From NCBI GenBank assembly GCA_965285935.1, contig OZ260665.1, positions 14,384,001-14,448,000 of the forward strand: a stretch of 64,000 nucleotides of DNA, in the 5' to 3' direction. The notes beneath the pieces were generated by a model that saw nothing but the letters and a program-made list of their open reading frames with translations, had not been told where the DNA came from and ran no database searches. The translations under genes were made by a program, and so were the position numbers. Shown here piece after piece: positions 44,301 to 53,326 of this stretch. The stretch is from Ophelia neglecta. Lineage: Eukaryota. Position 1 is the first letter of the stretch. The number at the start of each line of letters is the position of its first letter.

Positions 44301-47300
44301 AGCACGTCGTACTTACTACTCTGAGGCAACAAGTAATTTTCAAGGGTTATTAGATCGGCCAGGGTAGATATCCTGTACAGCATTCCACTAAATTCTTCAT
44401 TGCAGCGTCTCTCGGCTTCGACTCGGGTAACTCCAGTTTGGTCCATGATCATAATCAAACGGCCACCAGAGGGCAGCAGGCCAGGATCGTTTGAAACATC
44501 ACCTTAGAAAACAGCACATTTTTATCTATTTATATCATATGGCACAGCTGTATTTATTCTTAGAAGTTTATTATCAATAATAAAGCACAATCAAACATTA
44601 TTTGCATTTCGAATATATGTATAAAGATAAAAACAAGAATATCCAAATGCTTCAATGCCAATCATATGTCTCCTGCTCTCGCTGCTCTCATAGTTCAAAG
44701 CATATCATGCATCATGTTGAATACATGGCTTTCAAGACCGAGATTGTAGGTGCTATACTGTCATGTCAGTTCGTAGGAAGAAACATTGTTTGAATAATCT
44801 GTCTTAGGTGTACAACTTACAAACCTCATTCGAAACAAGTTTGCAAAGTTATCAGCAAATCAGAATTCTACTCCCATCGAGCGTAGTTATGTTATCGGCC
44901 CAATTTAATGGAATGTGTCTATCTACTGTCCGCCGAGTATTCACTCACGCTACACACCAAAGCTGCGTTTAACTACCTGCGAAAACGCTTGATACCGGGA
45001 CCACTATTTGTCCCCGGCTTATGCCTCACTGGTGCCTAGCTGCTTTTGACTTAATTTGGCGAAGACAAAAGCAGGGTAGATAACAGCAGAAGAAAAGGAT
45101 GATGAATCAGTCAATAAAACTGCGTACATGCATGGTACTCCAACGAATAACCAGCTTACTTCGGTTATATGAAATCAAATATAACGCGAAATTCATCAAA
45201 TATTTGAAAAGGTAAAACGTTTGTGGAGGGGTTCCAGACAAATGACGTGTTGTGTCTGGCTCCTTTTTACAAGATTTGTCGACAAAAACGCAAAGTTCGT
45301 ATAGTGCAAACATGTCTCTCTGGCATGATGTTTTGATAATATAAACTTGCCGCGCTGTTTGGGAACGCTCTCTCTGTATTCGGCGAGGGCATGCCACATT
45401 GTTTGGGAACGCTCTTTGTGTATTCGGCGCTTCCCTGCCGCGCTGTGTGTGGACGCCCTCCCAGTATAAGTTGCCGCCATGCCGCGCTGTATGGGGACGG
45501 CCTCCCGTATTCGACGCCGCCCTGCTGCACTGTTTGGGGAGGATCGATGTCATGAAGCTACCGGCATGACCTATACATCAGAACATCTATGCTATAGAGT
45601 AGAAATATTCTTAGAGTCTACTTGGATCTGTGAAAAAAACATGAAGTGCGTATTGATGTATGGATGAAGGCGTTGTAAAGCTAATTTAGTGGTCAGTTTA
45701 GCCGGGAGGTCTAGCTTGCGTAGCGATATAATGCCAGGGAACTTAGGACAAATTTACGTTTTTCGCTGTAACTGGGAAATTATTGAAAAATGCCCCCGAT
45801 ATCAAAGATAAAGAATGTAGCCAATGACTAGACGCACATTTTAAGTCAAATCGGAGGTTCCTAGCCAGAATGAGTTGGGGCGATCGAAATTTTTGTTGAA
45901 ATGACGCGAGGCGTGCTTCAAAATGGTGTAGATTTTTTTTTGATAGATTACAAGGAAAAAAACAGATTAGTCAGCGTGCATGCCCGGCCAATGGCATGAA
46001 GCAATTCTTAAACACCGCATGATGGTATAACCAATAGGTCTTTTAGTAAAGGGCGAATAAGTTATGTTTGGAGTATTGCTCTCCATTATTTATGGTGTAT
46101 TGCTATAAGTTATTATTGGTGAATCATTATCAGATATTTTTGATGTATTGTTATCAGTTATTTATGATATATTGCTATAAGTTATTTTTGGTGTATTGCT
46201 ATAAGTTACTTTTTGTGTGCATTTTCATCTGTTATTTTTTGTGTGCATTGCTCTCCATTATTTTTGGTGTATTGTTATAAGTTATTTTCTGGTGCATTGC
46301 TATAAGTTATTCTGTGTGTGTACAGCTATAAGTTATTTTTGCTGTATTGCTATTTTTGCTATTTTTGATTTATTGCTCTAAGTTATTTCTGGATGCGCTG
46401 CTAATGTATATTTCAGTAATTCAGTTGTGTTTAAGCCTGCACTGCAGCGGCAGTGTGGATATCGATGGTCACACACCAGCGAGTTCAAAAGCCATGGACG
46501 CATTACACCTTTTTATATGCTTTTGTTGGCATGTGCGGAGATATATTTCACATGAATACTACAACGACATGGTATTTGTTGATAATAGCTGTCCACAGAC
46601 CGGACCAGTAAGATCTATTATTTAGATAACGGATATGAATCCTGAGTATATTGATCAATAAAGTCCTCAAGCATGTACAGGGCATGTACGGCCATATCGC
46701 CGTATTAGTATTGTTTTCAAGCTTATACTTATAATATGTTGATTATCATCTCAACATTCCGGTTATGATTATCAGCCCACTGTTAATATTCCACACATAA
46801 GCCCACCTGTGGTATTTCCCTAGGCCCAGCTCGAACAGGCTGCAATTCCCCAGTTTTGTAATCAAAAACAATACAAAAACATACATGTCTCGCTTTTTGG
46901 CGTGCGTCTGCCTGGGAAGGTTTGTTTTGCCGCGCATTGACAGACAACATTATATTTAAACACTGCAAAATGGCTGTTGGGTTGACTTCATATAATGTAG
47001 AAGCTATACAGACAGAGGTTGAACATAGCCAAATTAGCTGTACTTGTAGAATTAAAGTGTATTGTAAAGGATATGGTGTGTACGTTACAGGTGAATGCGT
47101 ATATATTCTAAAGTGGCGTATTAACATGTATGCTCCGCTAACTATTGTCAACATGTTGGTAGCCTGAGGTTGACCGAGCCTTAAAGTATACTGACTATTC
47201 GGGGATAATGTTCCAGCAGTTTTTCTCACCTAGATACGCATAAGACAGACAGGTGCATACGAATATTGTGTCTCCTTTCTGTAAGGTCCCAGGGAATCTA

Positions 47301-47666
47301 ACCCTGAGATAATATACCATGGCGACGTAATAAGCTAGCATTTTCAGACAGGGCATGTAATTAACAGGGATTTCTAGACCGGATTACTACTATATTAGAG
47401 TTTGTTTTCGAGACCAGTGTGCTTAAAATATTACGAATTTGAGACCTTGGACTCCCAAGTTTGGGTTATTTAAAATAGCATAGGGGCGGGTGGGGGATAC
47501 CTCCAATCAGCGGATCCAGACTCCTTTACCCTTAAAATCAGCTATCAGTCTAGGCACGGAATCCAAACTCACACAAGACCTGCACGTGGCACTCACCTTC
47601 AAGTCCTTGACAGGTGGCTAGCCCTAACACTGTACCCAAAAGCTTTATAATCCACAGGTGTCTCAT
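958..47666 (-). CDS. Gene A: giant multidomain extracellular protein (signal peptide, CTL, F5/8C, 4x parallel beta-helix units with SRCR, EGF, IPT, Ig-like, furin-flanked Cys-rich segment, bacterial-like module, cadherin); 77 exons, >=4,145 aa, 3' end unresolved
   Basis: 77 exons traced by hand with GT(or GC)-AG boundaries. Intron phases match at every junction and the summed 12,436 nt read without a stop. Recognisable domain motifs run across exon junctions (e.g. PIK|ARYV, DREETE|FYTLTV, IP|NRIFDNADD). Confidence 0.85.
2570..9260 (-). CDS. Gene A: conserved C-terminal module resembling large bacterial surface/secreted proteins (exons 9096-9260, 8806-8926, 8420-8485, 8119-8305, 6702-6898, 6410-6491, 6036-6152, 5303-5488, 4895-5019, 3516-3620, 2842-2966, 2570-2639)
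   Basis: GVCAKVRIQIKQRLVITREAFEATLELDNG; WLIVPYSEAAP; PDPRLHLNYFLEKYVRSDNPFT; EPPVPFSLGILITNTGYG; GQPTIVENEKGLLINF; ARWLMTSSLRGTF; FHELSHVV; DGVPDFL; NVW...LHIFD. Confidence 0.8.
6151..6317. repeat. 73-bp direct repeat (period 94) duplicating a splice acceptor of gene A
   Basis: ATCTGAAACGTATATA...GTTTGAACTTC at 6151-6223 and 6245-6317. Confidence 0.9.
9528..11873 (-). CDS. Gene A: Cys-rich segment bracketed by two RRKR furin sites (exons 11737-11873, 11273-11448, 10706-10922, 10381-10494, 9528-9710)
   Basis: GRRKR|S at 11753-11742 and QRRKR|Q at 9646-9635; 16 Cys counted in the ~196 aa between them. Confidence 0.75.
11737..16348 (-). CDS. Gene A: putative-Ig/dystroglycan-cadherin-like domain, further Ig-like beta-sandwiches and carboxypeptidase-regulatory-like domain (exons 16038-16348, 15447-15558, 14873-15049, 14623-14767, 14251-14417, 13774-14018, 13401-13558, 12622-12769, 12200-12443, 11737-11873)
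   Basis: PVIWRLSGNPSGMTMNDAGMVHW...YTLTVTCKNTYG; V.NVG motifs; EGATVKL...TNASGFVVFEGITENYYNL; TQVPIPVVTIDP...LTNHGLIKA. Confidence 0.7.
16458..19941 (-). CDS. Gene A: EGF-like repeats, IPT/TIG domain, EGF (exons 19765-19941, 19433-19593, 18771-18889, 18258-18352, 17874-17971, 17362-17494, 16458-16673)
   Basis: CSAHGDC..PDVCVCHEGWAGADC and further EGF repeats; IPT motif VTPERGPDTGGNLVHVFGHNF...YRCRF...IVCRAP...GRVRVSVS; GVCSKGRCVCIKPWRGDSC. Confidence 0.9.
20366..24188 (-). CDS. Gene A: parallel beta-helix unit 4 (exons 23985-24188, 23789-23862, 23331-23435, 23213-23269, 22783-23026, 22180-22398, 21763-21904, 21306-21524, 20948-21069, 20366-20483)
   Basis: IGGDVIGN...EPYIVTRSIYI...LILERGVTLKF...WHGL; NNTFYNN repeats; ends NIFINP...CPNNWWG. 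Confidence 0.8.
24541..33199 (-). CDS. Gene A: parallel beta-helix unit 3 with embedded SRCR (exons 33040-33199, 32795-32902, 32008-32106, 31603-31798, 31204-31349, 30803-30999, 28051-28253, 26903-27044, 26618-26737, 24998-25116, 24541-24729)
   Basis: IGGILQEDITL..GHPYEVVKDIEV...LEAGVELHF...WKGV; beta-helix repeats; ends APYNYWG. An L2 fragment sits in the 28254-30802 intron. Confidence 0.75.
28354..29715 (-). mobile_element. 5'-truncated L2/CR1-group LINE (reverse transcriptase, frameshifted) in a gene A intron
   Basis: QSAYKKFHSVET, LLDLSCAFDTVDH, GVPQGSVLGPLLF, YADDTQ, LHWLPV..RIQFK; frame break near 28830-28850; 3' UTR ending CGCTCTATAAAT and an (AATA)n tail at 28354-28370. Confidence 0.9.
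30235..30263 (+). repeat. AATAAA followed by (TTAC)n, probable 3' tail of a plus-strand retroelement fragment
   Basis: AAATAAATGAAATTACTTACTTACTTAC ending an AT-rich UTR-like stretch adjacent to the L2 insertion. Confidence 0.4.
31204..31798 (-). CDS. Gene A: SRCR (scavenger receptor Cys-rich) domain
   Basis: YRLSGSNTCSAGRLEVW...VCNSYWNQAMADQVCEQLGY...GC...C...C...ATVNC. Confidence 0.85.
33476..36872 (-). CDS. Gene A: parallel beta-helix unit 2 (exons 36593-36872, 36323-36406, 35836-36023, 35128-35406, 34735-34913, 33931-34116, 33476-33740)
   Basis: IGGKLTTDVTI...LSVGEGSVLYF...GILVEG...WGGL; NNTFADN repeats; ends GNYFDNP...QALRNWWG...KRIY. Confidence 0.8.
37017..37194. mobile_element. Tc1/mariner (pogo/Tigger-type) MITE, 178 bp
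   Basis: TA|CAGTGAAACCTG...CAGGTTTCAATG|TA terminal inverted repeats with TA target duplication; internal (A)GGTGGTCT sub-repeats. Confidence 0.85.
37260..40459 (-). CDS. Gene A: parallel beta-helix unit 1 (exons 40321-40459, 40026-40142, 39403-39524, 38644-39130, 38295-38470, 37727-37890, 37260-37398)
   Basis: Starts SPYVISKSI...LTIDAGVKVLF...GT...WQGI; Asn-ladder repeats (NNCEFNHN, ENNTFSDN); ends HNIFENP...DARHNWWG. Confidence 0.8.
40624..41932 (-). CDS. Gene A: F5/8 type C (discoidin) domain (exons 41831-41932, 41263-41525, 40624-40743)
   Basis: CVNSL...FSSSS...AWIP...QWLRIDL...VTGLVTRG...WVSQYRLAYSID...FLGN...PIKARYVALLP...IAVKLDLYGC. Confidence 0.9.
42144..44502 (-). CDS. Gene A: C-type lectin-like domain (exons 44317-44502, 43479-43583, 42144-42266)
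   Basis: VTRVEAERRC...GMLYRI...VWTGG...GEQCIEI...RPCKQKKGFICQ gives the CTL cysteine/WxGG pattern; all junctions phase 1. Confidence 0.8.
45231..46402 (+). mobile_element. Left copy of a non-autonomous repeat element with 44-bp and 24-bp minisatellites (gene A intron 1)
   Basis: 45231-45680 is the diverged reverse complement of 48775-49460 (both begin GTTCCAGACAAATGACG). 24-bp array at 46058-46402; the extra ~380 bp at 45680-46057 is absent from the right copy. Confidence 0.75.
46058..46402. repeat. AT-rich 24-bp minisatellite (inverted relative to 48505-48785), about 14 degenerate copies
   Basis: Unit TTATTTTTGGTGTATTGCTATAAG. Confidence 0.85.
47597..47666 (-). CDS. Gene A exon 1: signal peptide MRHLWIIKLLGTVLGLATCQG-LE
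   Basis: ATG at 47666; basic N-terminus, hydrophobic core, small-residue cleavage region; strong phase-1 donor GAAG|GTGAGT matching the phase-1 acceptor at 44502. Too short for the ORF track. Confidence 0.8.
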
Positions 47667-47799
47667 TATTTCTAACGTGTATCTGTCCACGTCAGGGCAG
47701 AACTATTAACTGAGCCGCTCCGATCACTCCTATGATCGTGACACACTGCTTGTCTAGTCTAAACACGGGACACCGCTGAATTTACCCAGATTCACTCAA

Positions 47800-47956
47800 G
47801 CGGGACAGCTTCTAGTGTGTGACGGTTAAGGTTATATATATGCATCAAACATTGCAAGGCTATCCACAATAGAATTCTCTGTGAAGGCTTGAGGCCTGCA
47901 ACTTGCATCGATTTGACAAAGGCTTAATGTGTATTAAAATATTTTTGTGACGTCAC
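47800..47956 (-). promoter_or_regulatory. Putative core promoter of gene A: TATA box and CRE
   Basis: Minus-strand TATATATAA at about 47832-47840, ~170 nt upstream of the ATG; perfect palindrome GTGACGTCAC (CRE core TGACGTCA) at 47947-47956. Confidence 0.5.
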
Positions 47957-48070
47957 TCTTTATCAGAGGACAGTAGATTCGGAAGCATGAATGTACTGCT
48001 CATTGTCTCGAATCTACTGCTCATTGTCTCAAGCTTCACTATATGACCATGCAAATAATTTAAGTCGGAC

Positions 48071-48139
48071 AATTGACTCGGAGCGATAGATTCGTGCAGA
48101 TCGAATTCGACTGCACGAATCTACCGCTCCTCGTCAATT
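48071..48139. repeat. Near-perfect 69-bp palindrome centred on GAATTC
   Basis: AATTGAC-TC-GGAGCGATAGATTCGTGCAG-A-TCGAATTCGA-CTGCACGAATCTACCGCTCC-TC-GTCAATT; weaker symmetry extends to TTAAGT/ACTTAA. Confidence 0.9.
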
Positions 48140-48237
48140 CTCCTATACTTAATGTTTACGTGTACGTTATTTAACTTTTAATTGAAATAAACCATCTAGA
48201 AGCTTCGCGTCAGTTGTTAAAGCAGGAGTGATTAACA

Positions 48238-48440
48238 ATCCCCCTCCCCTTTCCCCTACCATCCACCCCACCATCCCCTTCCCCTTCCATCCACCCCACC
48301 ATCCCCTTCCCCTTCCATCCACCCCACCATCCCCTGCACCCTTGCCTCCACCCCACCATCCCCTTCAACATCCATCCACCCCACCATCCCCTGCACCCTT
48401 GCCTCCATCCGTTGCTACCCCATCCCCTCCTCTACCGCCC
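48238..48440. repeat. C-rich ~28-bp tandem repeat (G-rich on the minus strand)
   Basis: CCATCCACCCCACCATCCCCTTCCCCTT repeated with variants. Confidence 0.85.
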
Positions 48441-48504
48441 TGTAAGAAGAATCAAACAATATAATGGTAGTGTATCGTAAGCCGGTGGATCTCCACCAAA
48501 TAAT

Positions 48505-48785
48505 CTTGCAATACACCAAAAATAATAGATAGCAATACACCAGAAATAGCTGATAGCAATACACCAAAAATAATAGATAGCAATACACCAGAAATAGCTG
48601 ATAGCAATACACCAAAAATAGCTGATAGCAATAAACCAAAAATAACTGATAGCAATACACCAAAAATAAGGGATAGCAATACTTTAGAAATAGCTGATAG
48701 CAAAACACCAAAAACCAAAAATAACGGATAGCAATACACCAAATATAACTTAAAGCAATACACCAAAAATAACTTAAAGCAATAC
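48505..48785. repeat. AT-rich 24-bp minisatellite, about 11 copies
   Basis: Unit CAATACACCA(A/G)AAATA(GCT/ATA)GATAG; source of the spurious LVYCYQLF ORFs. Confidence 0.9.
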
Positions 48786-48957
48786 CTTCACACATACCTC
48801 GGTACGCACTTTTTCATGTTTTTTTTCACAGATCCAAGTTAACTCGGAGAACATTTCTACTTTATAGCATAGATGCTCTGATGTACAAGTCTTGCCGGTA
48901 CCTTCATGACATCGAGCCTCCCCAAACAGTGCCGCTGGGGGGGGGGGGGGGGGGCAC

Positions 48958-49345
48958 CGAATACAGAGACAGCGTTCACAAACAGTATGGCATAGCGACG
49001 TCGAATACAGGGAGGGCGTCCCCAAACAGGGCAGCAGGGCGACGTCCAATACGGAGAGGGCTTCCGCAAACAGAGCGGCAGGACGGCGCCGAATACGGAA
49101 AGGGCGTCCCCAAACAGAGCGGCAGGGCGGCGACGAATACGGGTGGGCGTCAACAAACAGCGCGGCAGGGCGGTGCCGAATACGGGTAGGATGTCCCCAT
49201 ACAGCGCGGCAGGGCGGTGCCGAATACGGGAAGGGCGTCCCCATACAGCGCGGCAGGGCGGTGCCGAATACGGGTAGGGCGTCCACAAACTGCGCGGCAG
49301 GGCGGCGCCGAATACAGAGAGAGCGTTCCAAAACAGCGCGGCAAG
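48958..49345. repeat. GC-rich 44-bp minisatellite, about 9 copies
   Basis: Unit CGAATACGGGAAGGGCGTCCCCATACAGCGCGGCAGGGCGGTGC; about 4 degenerate inverted copies at 45348-45540. Confidence 0.9.
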
Positions 49346-50164
49346 TCTATAGTTGCAAAACATCATGGCAGACAGGCATGTTAGCACCACACGAACCTTG
49401 CGTGTTTGTTGACAAATGTTGTAAAAAGGAGCCAGACACAAAACGTCATTTGTCTGGAACATTGTTATTTGATATATCGTCGCTTTGTTCTGTTTCTTCC
49501 TATTAATTACATGCCTTATGACATTGCAGGTTTTCTGAGCCTACTTTTATAATCCTGTTCCTTCTCACGTTCTATTTTCATGTTCCTTTTCACAGTTATG
49601 AAGTAAAGATAGCAGTTTATTTTTGTATATTTTATAAAAGGGTCCTAAATGTAGAATGTTTTCAGTCTATTATTAAGATTATTTTTAGCATTTTTAATTG
49701 ACCTTTTACACCTTCAGTTAAACCAGGATTTTCGATTTATGAACATTGAATTTGAACATTGAACATAAGGAAAGCATGATTCATAATAACATAAAATGTT
49801 CGTGGAAAGGCAACACCTCATATTCCAGCCATGTGTCTTTCAATGATTTATAAACGTTTATGGAGCAGCTTTGTTATACAATCTCTGTGGTATGAAGTGG
49901 ACCGGTATGAAACAACGGAAATGGTAGAAAATATCATTATAGAAGACACGCTGGTAAGTATATTCTGATGTCTACGAAAATATTGTCAATGAGACTTGCC
50001 GATAAGCGAGTAATTCTAGTTGGCATGATAATAGTTGGAAGTTATGAAAACAGGTCAATGAATTCCTGGGAAGAAGAATGTCTGTCTTATAGTTACAAGT
50101 CTATATAAAAGTCTCCCAGCAAATAGCATAATTTATTGGTTTCTCTCAGTTCCATATGTCAGAT

Positions 50165-50460
50165 ATACATTCGTTGAACTGATCAACGTTGGTGTCAGGA
50201 GGTCAGTAAATGACTCCAAATTATGATTATTAATATTTCTTAATAAAACAACCCTCAATTGTATAATTAAACATATCTTAATTGTGTTCAGTGCTATAAG
50301 GATGTCTTTTTTCTTCAATAGAGACACACCACCTCCTGTCCTATTTGTTCGGCGCATATTTTCAGTCGAGTATATCCGTTATGTGTACAGATCAACAGAA
50401 TTCACACTGATCCCTGTCTCCAATAAAGCAACAATTGAAAATCCAAATTCACGGTTATTC
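50165..50460 (-). pseudogene. Degenerate LINE APE-endonuclease remnant
   Basis: FSIVALLETG...DLYT*...RTNRTGGGVSL and GVIY*PPDTNVDQFNE match APE motifs (I.lSETW, R..GGGV, IYRPP), with in-frame stops. Confidence 0.7.
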
Positions 50461-52692
50461 AAATAAGGTACATGATGTGTTAGATTGCGAGGAGCATTTT
50501 TGATATTCGTATGATACAAAGAGAAACATAATGAATAGAGGTTTCACCTTGTCTCACGTGACCTCGACTATGACTTGTGCACCCATCGTTCGGTCCAAGG
50601 TTGACAGGTCTCATGTGTGGTGAGGTAAGAACCAGCCGCTGTAAAGCAATAAATACCAAATCCATACATGCCAGAGTAGTTGCTTGACATAATATAGATG
50701 TAAAGGTAATTTACTTATAACTATATAAAGCCATATGACAGTTTTTTTAACCAAAATATATGAGGAGCAAAATGGGGAGTGATATATTCGCCGAATTCAT
50801 TCCAGGATATGTCTAACGCCCCCCCCCCCCCCCCACCCAATTTCGCACAGAATATTTTATTTCTGTCAATGCTTAATTTTGACAAGTCGAGGAATGTGAT
50901 GTATTGATTGTGCTGCCTGAAGGGTGTATTGATAATTTGGTTCCAGGCACCACTCTAAAAATGCCGTTCTTCTTTGGGTTTTACGAGTATTATAGTGAGT
51001 GAACCGTCATCGGTAAAGTATAATATACATCCAAACACGACCAGGAGACTGCCACAACTACCGGAACCCTGTAATGACGAAAGACGAGCACACTTGTCTA
51101 TTCCATTCAAGACAACCACTTAGAAAGAGATGAGGCCGACATTTTCATTCAGGCAAGGCTATTATTTTATCATATTGGAGAATTCAGGATTTTGATAAAG
51201 TCTATCCGGGAAATGTTAAGGGATTTAGCCTGATATGATATCCTGTCAGATTTCATCGCAGATTGTTGATCTGATCTCGGGCATATTATGGCGTATTTTG
51301 CTTTGGTTACTGTCTGCTTTTCAGTTGTGGATTGCATAATATCGGAAGTAATTATTGCACATTTAATTCGTTTCATACCATATTATTTTCTTACGTAACG
51401 TCAGATATTTACGTTTTCTGTTCTTCGGTTAGTTTTTATTTCAAACGTTGGGATTTTTACAGGCTACTAATATACCTATAATAGAGGTACCTTTGCATAT
51501 TTAATTATAAGAGTAGATTTACATGTTGTTGAATATCTCTTTTCCCCGACATCTTATTGCATCAATCAAGTGCAATTCGCGAAAAAGATAAAAGTTTAAT
51601 CTTCATGAGCACTTGGATAGATGAAAGTGTAGTTCTATCCGCGGCTTATAGCTGGATTTGTTAGCGATCGCAGATATGGTAGAAAGTTGTATTCTTTAAC
51701 GCTCTTTTACTTTCACAGGGGGATGTCTTAATTATAACGTATTTCACAACATGCATATTTCGGGAATGGGGTTCCCATAAACATTTTTTCTAGTTCAATT
51801 TCCATTGTAATGATGGCCTGCTATACATTTACTGTGACCCTACAAACCTAGATTATGCAAATATGCCTAAATAAAGTAGTTAGCAAGGTAATTGATCAAG
51901 AAGTCTTGATAAAATGAGGGTGTAATGAAAGACGAGGTATGTCTAACGGTTGCACGGGTGTCAATGGTCCACCTTAATCATCAAAGAAGAAATACGATTG
52001 ACCCCCAGGCTTGACAAATTGCCAAATTCGCTGTATATCAATTGGCACTACATATTATTAGAGGGGGCTATTTACCGACTTCCAACAATGTTAGCTTGTA
52101 CTTTTTTCTTTTTGTCCATATAATTAAAGAAAATTAAATAATTATAATTATGTGGAATGTAAAAAACTCCTTTTCTTGAGAATGAAGTCAAGTAAATGGC
52201 GAAGCGCTTAAGCCCAGCCGCATGAGCGGTGGATGGGCCAATGAACTATCATTTTCATGTTTGTTTATTGAAACCATCCATATCAATATTGAAGTTAACT
52301 ACAGGCAAACATGTTGAGATAATTATGTGGACTTGACAGACTTGTTCTCATTAAACAGCTATGTGTCATTTTAAGAAAGAATGTAATCGTTCTTTTATTG
52401 AGGTACATTCTGCGATAAAGCAACACCCCCCCCCCCCCCTCCCCCTTGATATGCAACATGATTAAATTTGAATAAAAATATATCCATAAATAAAGCCCTT
52501 AGACTATATGATATAACATTATGTTAAAGTTAGCATTTTTCTACCCAAACCCCTCATTTAAGTAAATTACCTTTATTTTTTTTATATTTAAATCGACAAT
52601 AACAATTCATATTTTTGACAAATTAATGGTTGAATCTTATACAGGCAAATTGTATTAGACTATAGTAAAAATATTATATAAATTAATAATCT

Positions 52693-52926
52693 CTACTTGA
52701 ATTGACCTGTTGGATATGGCAAGTGTAGGTCAGATATGTTGCTCATTTGTCCGTTCGTATAACACGACACATGAGAACGATGCCCAGTGCGCTCCTTTAC
52801 AAGTTGTTCGGGTATCCCTGGGGTATACGGGCGAGTAGCGCATGTCGTTCTGAGGGAGTGATATGTGTAGGAACCTTGGATTGACATAGATAATAACACC
52901 AACTTCTCATGTATTGTTAATAGCAT
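52693..52926 (-). pseudogene. Tyrosine-recombinase (Crypton/DUF3504-like) C-terminal remnant
   Basis: YTYHSLRTTCATR...GIPEQLVKERTGHRS carries the HxLR and TGHxS motifs; the frame is lost before the catalytic Tyr and no upstream part is evident. Confidence 0.75.
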
Positions 52927-53326
52927 GTGGTTTAAAAGAAAATTGTCTTATATGCGATACGGTTGTGGCTCATTATCATATGACCGGTAGGTGCAGGGGA
53001 CCGGTTAAATTCGATAATACATTTTTGTATTTTGGGTCAGTAACACCAAACGTTCAAATCGTCAGTGTTACTTCCGATTTCAAAAATCATGTTATATATG
53101 TTTCTAACAATCAAAACCAAATAGTTTTAAATAAAGACTGGTTTTAGAGATAAGACTATTCTATTAGTTAGCATTTTAAAAATATTACAACTAAGCCTAC
53201 GTATTATATTCCTTCATTTTAGTCATTTAATTAAGAACAGCTTATCGTCAAATCCAGCCCGTTTGCTTAGATCCTTCACGATGTTAATATTAGCCAGTTT
53301 ATATTGTCTAATGGGAATTTGGTCAT

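Larger units (their letters stand above)
48505..49460 (-). mobile_element. Right (inverted) copy of the same repeat element, upstream of the gene A promoter
   Basis: Ends CGTCATTTGTCTGGAAC at 49460; contains the 24-bp array (48505-48785) and the 44-bp array (48958-49345). Confidence 0.75.

Noticed and set aside
46746-46937. MYVFVLFLITKLGNCS as the signal peptide of gene A
   Set aside because: Nearest donor is phase 2 and weak, incompatible with the phase-1 acceptor at 44502.
47560-47645. tRNA-derived SINE-like A/B boxes on the minus strand
   Set aside because: Better explained as gene A exon 1 and its donor; no cloverleaf. A similar weak A-box at ~17035 also lacks support.
48228-48464. Proline/histidine-rich ORF
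   Set aside because: Translation of the C-rich tandem repeat; no splice or start context.
48958-49345. CRISPR-like appearance of the 44-bp array
   Set aside because: Head-to-tail units with no unique spacers, no cas genes, eukaryotic context.
48415-49506. Long repetitive ORFs (e.g. 48774-49331, 48857-49462, LVYCYQLF repeats) and their counterparts at 45107-45553 and 46068-46280
   Set aside because: Translations of the 44-bp and 24-bp minisatellites, open in several frames on both strands; no splice or domain support.
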